Of a stretch of 64,000 nucleotides of DNA, positions 57,432-64,000 are shown in pieces (the first letter of the stretch is position 1; each line of letters starts with the position of its first letter). This stretch comes from a virus. The notes under the pieces were generated by a model that was not told the origin of the DNA, made no database searches, and saw only the letters and a list, made by a program, of their open reading frames with translations. A program made the position numbers and the translations under genes. The stretch lies in IMG/VR virus record IMGVR_UViG_3300021168_000013; one strand, written 5' to 3'.

Positions 57432-58129
57432 ATTTTGGCCCAATCAACCAATGGAGTTAGCCAAGGTATTTCACTATGTGTGGATTTACCGGGAATACAT
57501 GATACTATGGAACGATTATATATTTGAACTAATTCACAACATGCTTCATAGTCTCTTGGATAAGAAGTCAATAAGTATTTTTCCCATATATCTTTATCTT
57601 TCTTAATAACATCACCATTTACGGCAAACGTCATTGTTACTGAATTTGTAAGTTTCCAGTGTATTGATTTGGTTAATACCACCCTAGTAATCTCGCCACC
57701 CCCATCGATCTGTGGATTTCCACCCATGTTGGCATCTATATATTTATCAGGATGATCATATAGAGTAGCATAATTACTAACTGATAATCCTTCTTTAAGA
57801 AGTTTAAACGAATTCGGTAGATGAAAATAATCATCTTCCACGAAATATGCAGTATCTTTATCACCAATGGTTTCACAGCACTTTCTCATACAATGTCTAA
57901 ACGTGTGAGCATTGTTTAATTTGGTTTCTTCTATTTTAATGTTAGATTTTTCTTTCGATCTAATAAATGACATTAATGCTGGTTCAGTTACATTGTCAGC
58001 GGCAATAAGTATATCATTTTCGGGAAAATCAAATTCGGCAAGGAAATTGTCCAGACAATGTTGTTTGGTAGCATTGGACAGTCTGTTCTTTTTATAAGAA
58101 TTATTGCTGATTCTGTAATATATCTTCAT
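57428..58129 (-). CDS. GT-A fold glycosyltransferase-like protein
   Basis: IAADN, YFVEDDYFH (DxD), TLYDHPDKY. Confidence 0.7.
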   Translation of the reverse strand: MKIYYRISNNSYKKNRLSNATKQHCLDNFLAEFDFPENDILIAADNVTEPALMSFIRSKEKSNIKIEETKLNNAHTFRHCMRKCCETIGDKDTAYFVEDDYFHLPNSFKLLKEGLSVSNYATLYDHPDKYIDANMGGNPQIDGGGEITRVVLTKSIHWKLTNSVTMTFAVNGDVIKKDKDIWEKYLLTSYPRDYEACCELVQIYNRSIVSCIPGKSTHSEIPWLTPLVDWAKI

Positions 58130-58334
58130 TTTGTTCCTTAAATACTTCTATACATAATACGTTCTTATCATTCACCATTACCATAGTTCCATCTTTCTTA
58201 AGAAACTTAGTAAATTGACCTTGTGATATAGATGATGACACTATTCCACTAAATGTTCGCTTTTCTCCACCAACAAAATGGATTATTTGGGTAACGGTAT
58301 CTCCCTGACTATTAACTGATGATTTTAGATTCAT
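58101..58334 (-). CDS. Small conserved phage hypothetical protein
   Basis: QIIHFVGGEKRTF...QGQFTKF...DG.MVMVNDKNVLCIEVF; ATGA overlap. Confidence 0.6.
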   Translation of the reverse strand: MNLKSSVNSQGDTVTQIIHFVGGEKRTFSGIVSSSISQGQFTKFLKKDGTMVMVNDKNVLCIEVFKEQNEDILQNQQ

Positions 58335-59134
58335 ATACTTATACATTCCTGATTTATATTATGATAATGACATACACCAATCTCTTCTAGAAATATATTT
58401 TTATGACTACAATCGCATACTTTATAATTCTCCACTAAGTTTAACAATTCATTGAATGCAGCATCTGATATTAAATGTTTACATTTGAATTTGTTTCTAA
58501 TCACACATTTTGCCAACAATTTCTCACAACTGAAGTTTGGAATATATTCCCATACTTTACCATTAAAATTACGAACCGAATTGCAATAATTGTATGCGTC
58601 GTCCACATCCTTTTCATTATTGATATAATCCACTGTGTTTTTTATTATATAAAAATTGGTTTGGGGATATAAATAATCATCGGTCATGTAGTTAGCCATA
58701 TAATTTTGAATATTGTGATCGAATTTATTTAATCCTGAATATCCTATTGCTTGAAGGAAATAAAAATCATATTCATCCGTAACAGGATACTTTAGCAATC
58801 TATCTCCCAATAATATATCATTTACTCCCTTGTATATAAAGTTTATAGGTAACATCTTAGCATAATTAACCACGGCATTATCGCTATCCATGTATCCAAT
58901 GGTATGTCCTCTGTTTTTTTTGGGCGGAAGGATTATAACATCTTTGCCAAATACTGTCCTCCATACGGCATCATAATCAGATAGATATGGTTCTGCCACA
59001 TCTGAGCAATTTTGATGAACTACTATATAATTAAATTGGGACATGATTGAATAGTTATGTAACAACATACGATTCAATGTCTCTATGTCTTCTTTTTTAC
59101 TTAAATGTCCTATACTACAATAACAGTTATTCAT
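58331..59134 (-). CDS. Hypothetical, probable glycosyltransferase-like protein
   Basis: NRGHTIGYMDSD, YPQTNFYI; embedded in the translationally coupled GT operon. Confidence 0.5.
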   Translation of the reverse strand: MNNCYCSIGHLSKKEDIETLNRMLLHNYSIMSQFNYIVVHQNCSDVAEPYLSDYDAVWRTVFGKDVIILPPKKNRGHTIGYMDSDNAVVNYAKMLPINFIYKGVNDILLGDRLLKYPVTDEYDFYFLQAIGYSGLNKFDHNIQNYMANYMTDDYLYPQTNFYIIKNTVDYINNEKDVDDAYNYCNSVRNFNGKVWEYIPNFSCEKLLAKCVIRNKFKCKHLISDAAFNELLNLVENYKVCDCSHKNIFLEEIGVCHYHNINQECISI

Positions 59135-60018
59135 GCAATCTTATTTAAAATATATCTAGCCATTTCCTTGGTGGTACAGTGTTGTTTAAAATGTAAAAAA
59201 CATTCATCCATTATATCATAATATTTAGTAATGTCAAAGTCTTTGTTTATTAACTCATTACCACGCTTAATTGCATCTTTCGGTAAAGTAGTCAATGTAT
59301 GTTCCGGACATTTATCTATGTCTAAGAAATAAGGCATACAGTAATTACCCATTATCTCATAATGTCTCATGCAATCCCATCCTGCTTTTTTCATTGTAAC
59401 TCCATAATATGAGTTATTATAATCTTTGAAATAATCAGTTTCATTACTGAAAATATACGTTGATTTTTCTCCGGGAATCACAGTACCATAGGATTGAATC
59501 TTCTCTTTATTAGGAGTGGATATCTTACATGTTGGATATGAAAATGATATTGGAAATACATTAGAATGATATGAATAACACTCTCTTTTGAAATACGGAT
59601 GAATATCAGATAAAGAATGAACATAACAATCATCATTGCCATCTAATAATACTATTTTCTTAGGATCGTATACTTTTTTTACAAGTTCAAAATAATCAAG
59701 ACATCTTCTGGAAGCACCATACACTATTAAATCATAATATTTATTCTCGATTTTAGATTGTATATTAATTCTATTAGGATTGTCACCATCAATTAACCAA
59801 AAAGCCGTCATTCCTCCCCACAAACATTGTTTTGGTATTTTGGATTGATTTTCTTTATATAATGATATGATCGGGGTGGAATCCACTATTTCATCTATAA
59901 CACCATCTTTAAACAATTCATAGAAACCATAGTAGGTTAAGTCATTTAAATAATCAGATATATAACCACCACTACATGCTGCAATAGAATTGTGATTTGT
60001 AATATACAATACTTTCAT
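59131..60018 (-). CDS. GT-B-like glycosyltransferase
   Basis: LLDGNDD, YFKREC, YGVTMKKAGWDCMRHYEIMGNYCMPYF. Confidence 0.6.
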   Translation of the reverse strand: MKVLYITNHNSIAACSGGYISDYLNDLTYYGFYELFKDGVIDEIVDSTPIISLYKENQSKIPKQCLWGGMTAFWLIDGDNPNRINIQSKIENKYYDLIVYGASRRCLDYFELVKKVYDPKKIVLLDGNDDCYVHSLSDIHPYFKRECYSYHSNVFPISFSYPTCKISTPNKEKIQSYGTVIPGEKSTYIFSNETDYFKDYNNSYYGVTMKKAGWDCMRHYEIMGNYCMPYFLDIDKCPEHTLTTLPKDAIKRGNELINKDFDITKYYDIMDECFLHFKQHCTTKEMARYILNKIA

Positions 60019-60019
60019 A

Positions 60020-60844
60020 TTATAATGTTATCCATCCTTCTGGGAATAGAGTATCTATATTGGTTATATGAGTGACCGATTTACCGAACCAATGACTTTT
60101 TGGTGCCACTGTCATAGTGTCTTTGTTTTTGTTAAGATAAGCCGCCCACCAGCTAAATGTACTGTTACCTAATATATTATGATTGCATAGACTCATGAAC
60201 ACCAAATCGGATATGTTAGTTTCATTTTCTATAAAATTGACATTGTCTGGAAACATTCCCTTAGCAAAGGCGATATTGTCTGAAAAAACATTTATGTTTT
60301 GTATATCACGTAAATCGCATATCATATTGATAGCTTCTTGATAATACTCGGATGGCACAATAGGAAACGAATCTCTTAAAAGATGTCTATCTCCGCCTAC
60401 TCGTACATGGACAGCTATTGAATCGGGTATTATATTCTTATATTTATCCCGAACATAATTAACATGACTATCTCTGAACTTGTAATAATCATTCACAATT
60501 TTATATTTAATGTCGTTAAAATAACGATCACTCTGGAAATAACCAGATATCAACATGTTGTCTTTGGCTTTAACCGGTTGATATGAAAAATTATATTCTG
60601 GATTAGTGGGATGAACTGCATCATTATGATGATATGTATCATATCGCTGTGAAAACTCATTAACAAAATTGAATTTATGAGAAAATAGGTTAGGAATCTC
60701 TAATGGTCTATGATCGTTTGATATATAACAATCACGAATCTTTAAGATTTCATAATTTGTTCCTAGTTTTTCCGTAAGAGACAAACAGTTGGCCAGTTGG
60801 AATAAGTTATTACCCAATTCTCCAGAAAACATGCATGATATCAT
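60020..60844 (-). CDS. GT11 alpha-1,2-fucosyltransferase-like protein
   Basis: GELGNNLFQ, GYFQS..YF, AVHVR.GGD, VFSD, NHNILGNSTFSWWAAYL. Confidence 0.88.
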   Translation of the reverse strand: MISCMFSGELGNNLFQLANCLSLTEKLGTNYEILKIRDCYISNDHRPLEIPNLFSHKFNFVNEFSQRYDTYHHNDAVHPTNPEYNFSYQPVKAKDNMLISGYFQSDRYFNDIKYKIVNDYYKFRDSHVNYVRDKYKNIIPDSIAVHVRVGGDRHLLRDSFPIVPSEYYQEAINMICDLRDIQNINVFSDNIAFAKGMFPDNVNFIENETNISDLVFMSLCNHNILGNSTFSWWAAYLNKNKDTMTVAPKSHWFGKSVTHITNIDTLFPEGWITL

Positions 60845-61662
60845 AGACTATCATTATAAAGTATCGAAATACCTTTGTCGAGAGAAATCTTTGGTTCCCA
60901 GTAGTTTAATATATATGGATCAGGATCATTTACCATGCCCATTTGAACATTATCTACCTTATCACCTTTTATAATTTCGCAACCAGATAGACCACTTATT
61001 ACATTGGCAATATCCATGATGGAATTCCATTGAAAACTGGTGATATGATAATTTTTAGCTCTATCCAATGTGAAATAATTTTTAGCCAAGATTAATAGTG
61101 CTCTAGCACAATCCTCACCAAATAAGAATTGACGGACTTCATCTCCAGTAGTTCTCATTTTTATACTCTTATCTTTGATAGACATATTAATGAAATCGGT
61201 AATTACATGGGATTTCTCTTCATTGGTTTCATAACCATAAACATTCCAAAATTTAACGTTAATACCATTTAACGCGTCAGTGTGTCTCTCACCAATGGAT
61301 TTTAATATACCATAAGTAGAGTGATGCATGTTTGACATCTGAGAGGACGCGAATATAAACGGTTTGTTTAAGGATTTGAGTAATTCAAATGTATTACTCA
61401 TTATTCTCATGTTATTGTCTATGAATTCATAGGTATTTTGGTATTTGGCCATATACTTTGATCCACCGATATCAAATGCCAGAAAATGAACGAAATCCGA
61501 CTTAATTATCATGTCCGTAAGCAATAGATTGTTTCGAACTCGTAGATCATATAATCCATTATCCTCTATATCAAAGGTGAGTACCTCTTCATTTACAGAT
61601 TTTAAATATTGAACCAAATATTGGCCAACTTGTCCTGACGATCCTAATACTAGATGTTTCAT
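60841..61662 (-). CDS. NAD-dependent epimerase/dehydratase (extended SDR)
   Basis: GSSGQVG, FASS, YGILK (YxxxK), NVYG, RQFL. Confidence 0.88.
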   Translation of the reverse strand: MKHLVLGSSGQVGQYLVQYLKSVNEEVLTFDIEDNGLYDLRVRNNLLLTDMIIKSDFVHFLAFDIGGSKYMAKYQNTYEFIDNNMRIMSNTFELLKSLNKPFIFASSQMSNMHHSTYGILKSIGERHTDALNGINVKFWNVYGYETNEEKSHVITDFINMSIKDKSIKMRTTGDEVRQFLFGEDCARALLILAKNYFTLDRAKNYHITSFQWNSIMDIANVISGLSGCEIIKGDKVDNVQMGMVNDPDPYILNYWEPKISLDKGISILYNDSL

Positions 61663-62474
61663 ATTATTTTTGGGGTCTTATAGTAGTTTTTTAACGTTTC
61701 GATATTCTCATTCTTTAGTTTAACATATAACCTTTGATTTCTATCGGTGTATTCCTTGTATTTATTTTGTAATACTCTCTCATGCTGCACATGGAATACT
61801 GGCCCGTATACTCTTGTCATTTTGATATTAAATAGATTCATCTTAAAGATGTATTCAGAATCCTCATATCCCCAACCATTAAATTCTTCATTGAAATATA
61901 CTAGATCACCAAGCAATCTCTTATTAACTATCATACAAAATCCCGTAGCATAAGCAATTGGTGGATATCCATCCTCGATATGACGATGTAACATCATTTT
62001 TGGAGCAATCTTAAATTGAAGATTGTAAAAGTCATAATCCGTCTCAAATTCCTTAAAGTAATCACGCTCAATGTGATATTCTGGATTGGTATAAGGAAAT
62101 ACCAAAGGAAATTTATCCTGACACAATTCCACACCTAATTCAATCTGTTCTTTTGGTAATAGAATATCACAGTCATATATTACACATATATCATTACTAG
62201 CAATCTTCAATCCTTCGTTGATTATCTTTGATCTATAATATGGGTCAGGCAAATCACAGGAAAATATGCGTATATTGCTCAATTCATATTCATGAAATAA
62301 TTTAGTCAGATATTGTACGCAATTAACCTCTTCGATTGGTGTGTTATTTTGTAATATCACTAAGTATTCAGCTTCATCTTTAAATTGGTAGGTGAGATAA
62401 ATCAACGATCTCAATAGGTTCGTTAGTCTATCAACACTGTCGTATTTAAACTGAATTATAAACGTAAACTTCAT
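61659..62474 (-). CDS. GT2/GT7-C galactosyltransferase-like protein
   Basis: RSKIINEG, IYDCDILL, FNEEFNGWGYEDSE. Confidence 0.82.
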   Translation of the reverse strand: MKFTFIIQFKYDSVDRLTNLLRSLIYLTYQFKDEAEYLVILQNNTPIEEVNCVQYLTKLFHEYELSNIRIFSCDLPDPYYRSKIINEGLKIASNDICVIYDCDILLPKEQIELGVELCQDKFPLVFPYTNPEYHIERDYFKEFETDYDFYNLQFKIAPKMMLHRHIEDGYPPIAYATGFCMIVNKRLLGDLVYFNEEFNGWGYEDSEYIFKMNLFNIKMTRVYGPVFHVQHERVLQNKYKEYTDRNQRLYVKLKNENIETLKNYYKTPKII

Positions 62475-63298
62475 AATAAGTAATTTTCGGCGATGTAATC
62501 ATCAGCAACTGGAAATTCACAGGCGATTTTAAAATTTTCTTCTATATATGGCATCATGGAATTATACAAATCATCAGTACAATCATTTAGATTGAAATTA
62601 TCTGAGAATATTACACCTTTCGGATTGAAATACTGTTCCACAACTGATTTACTGCCCCTATATATTGGAACTGTATATGTTGTCATTGGACTGGTCAATC
62701 TCTCCGTAAAATATGCATCACTAACATCATTTTCCATAGATACCGTGAAATTGTAGTTCTTATAGGCATCATCAGTTATTTTAGGTTCGTTTTCTTGTCC
62801 TCTCCCATATAAATTGAGTTTATTTTTATTATCAACCGCATATTCTACACGATATTTGTGTCCAGCCAACGTATAATTCTTAGAAACCAACATACTTATC
62901 ATTCGGTACTTAGTGTGGCGTTTTCTATTTTCGGATAATGTCCATGGCGCGGCATTGGATATAGCATAGTAAAATGGATGCCCAATCTGAACCAAATCCA
63001 TCTGACAGGTGAATATAAATTTATAATTATTCTGAAATTGTTGTAAATTTTTTAATATAACATCTATTACTCCCTGATTGTATCCTCGGGATTCCAATAA
63101 CCACCCGTATTTGTTAGGGTTATTATTCAACCCACTCAATATATTTCCGTCTATATACATATCAAAATCATAGTCACCGACATAATTTTTTGGTAACCAT
63201 TGAATATGTTTAGATGTATTCATATGAGAAGAACACACTGAATCATTTTCATTTGGGGAAATACATCCCCCAATTGGTTTCATTTTTAGCTTACTCAT
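62471..63298 (-). CDS. GT10-like (alpha-1,3/4-fucosyltransferase-like) glycosyltransferase
   Basis: YNFTVSMEND....YFTERL....VPIYRG. Confidence 0.72.
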   Translation of the reverse strand: MSKLKMKPIGGCISPNENDSVCSSHMNTSKHIQWLPKNYVGDYDFDMYIDGNILSGLNNNPNKYGWLLESRGYNQGVIDVILKNLQQFQNNYKFIFTCQMDLVQIGHPFYYAISNAAPWTLSENRKRHTKYRMISMLVSKNYTLAGHKYRVEYAVDNKNKLNLYGRGQENEPKITDDAYKNYNFTVSMENDVSDAYFTERLTSPMTTYTVPIYRGSKSVVEQYFNPKGVIFSDNFNLNDCTDDLYNSMMPYIEENFKIACEFPVADDYIAENYLL

Positions 63299-64000
63299 AA
63301 TTTAATCCATTCATCTAAAAACAAATCTTTTATATCCAATTTCTTAAGTGATCCACCGAACCAATAGTTGGCTGGAGCAACGGTTATATGACCTTTATGT
63401 TTATTGAGATAAGCTGACCACCAACTAAATGTACTGTTACCTAATATATTGTGATTACACATACTCATAAATGTTAAATCTGTTATATTAGATTCATTCT
63501 CTATGAAGTTTACTGATTCTGGAAATATTTCTTTAGCTATGGACATTTTATCGGAAAATACATTAATATTCTGTATATTAGATGAATCATACACAATGGC
63601 CAATGCTCTTTCATAGTATTCACTAGGCACTAATGGAAATATATCAGAACACAGTGATCTATCGCCTCCACCTCTAAAATGAATAGCAATTGAATTAGGT
63701 AATATGGATTTATACTTATCATTTATGTAATCAATGGTATCAGGATTAAAAGCGAAATAGTCATTGACAAGTTTATCTTTTATGTTCTCAAAGTATTTAC
63801 CGCTCTGAAAATAACCATTCAATTTTACGTTATCTTCATGGGGAATTGGTGAGTATGCAAATGTATAATAAGGACTATCTTGCTCGAATAGATCAGGGTG
63901 ACGATAATGACCATACTCTTGAGAATAACTATTAACGAAATTGAATTTATGAGAAAACAATTTACTTACCTCAATGGGACGGTCTTCATTGGAAATCCAA
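63295..64000 (-). CDS. Second GT11-like fucosyltransferase, 5' end truncated by the window edge
   Basis: Frame stays open to 63999 (WISNEDRPIEVSKLFSHKFNFV); NHNILGNSTFSWWSAYL; close paralogue of 60020-60844. Confidence 0.85.
   Translation of the reverse strand, partial: WISNEDRPIEVSKLFSHKFNFVNSYSQEYGHYRHPDLFEQDSPYYTFAYSPIPHEDNVKLNGYFQSGKYFENIKDKLVNDYFAFNPDTIDYINDKYKSILPNSIAIHFRGGGDRSLCSDIFPLVPSEYYERALAIVYDSSNIQNINVFSDKMSIAKEIFPESVNFIENESNITDLTFMSMCNHNILGNSTFSWWSAYLNKHKGHITVAPANYWFGGSLKKLDIKDLFLDEWIKL

Noticed and set aside
196-62756. Numerous short opposite-strand or alternate-frame ORFs in the track (e.g. 196-588, 17924-18442, 36909-37226, 41848-42204)
   Set aside because: They lie wholly within well-supported genes, have no motifs or expression signals, and are expected shadow ORFs.
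1-64000. CRISPR array, tRNA or rRNA genes
   Set aside because: No regularly spaced direct repeats with unique spacers and no cloverleaf or rRNA-like segments were seen; intergenic gaps are short and explained by promoters or terminators.
1-64000. Stop-codon reassignment (alternative genetic code)
   Set aside because: Conserved genes (capsid, RecA, helicase, RNR) are full length in code 11, and TAA, TAG and TGA all act as stops.

Overview
A 64-kb segment of a large, AT-rich T4-like tailed phage genome, read in the standard genetic code. No tRNA, rRNA or CRISPR array was seen. Product names come from recognisable sequence motifs, not database searches. Left to right: (1) head, neck and tail morphogenesis genes, namely the gp23-like major capsid, a free-standing GIY-YIG endonuclease, gp13/gp14/gp15-like neck proteins, very large Ser/Thr-rich fibres and a multi-domain glycan-active protein; (2) an accessory block with a HAD nucleotidase, a Pol-beta-type nucleotidyltransferase and an inverted Hef-like endonuclease; (3) the tail tube, a membrane/OM-barrel/lipoprotein/patatin block, a tail-assembly chaperone with a probable +1 frameshift, the tape measure and baseplate genes; (4) replication genes, namely a divergent family A polymerase, gp32-like SSB, RecA/UvsX, a 5'-3' exonuclease, a DnaB-like helicase and an intein-containing class II RNR; (5) a membrane-anchored PAS protein, a MoxR-type AAA+ ATPase split into two genes next to its vWA partner, a clamp-loader subunit and a dNMP kinase; (6) a convergent sugar-nucleotide and glycosyltransferase cluster (RfbH-like dehydratase, SDRs, GT2/GT10/GT11-like) running off the right edge. 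The most unusual observations are the split AAA+ ATPase whose halves carry complementary-looking peptide tails, the start-codon-less frameshift ORF before the tape measure, a recurrent ATATTTAT(A/T) late-promoter-like motif at fixed spacing from start codons, and the envelope-protein cassette.
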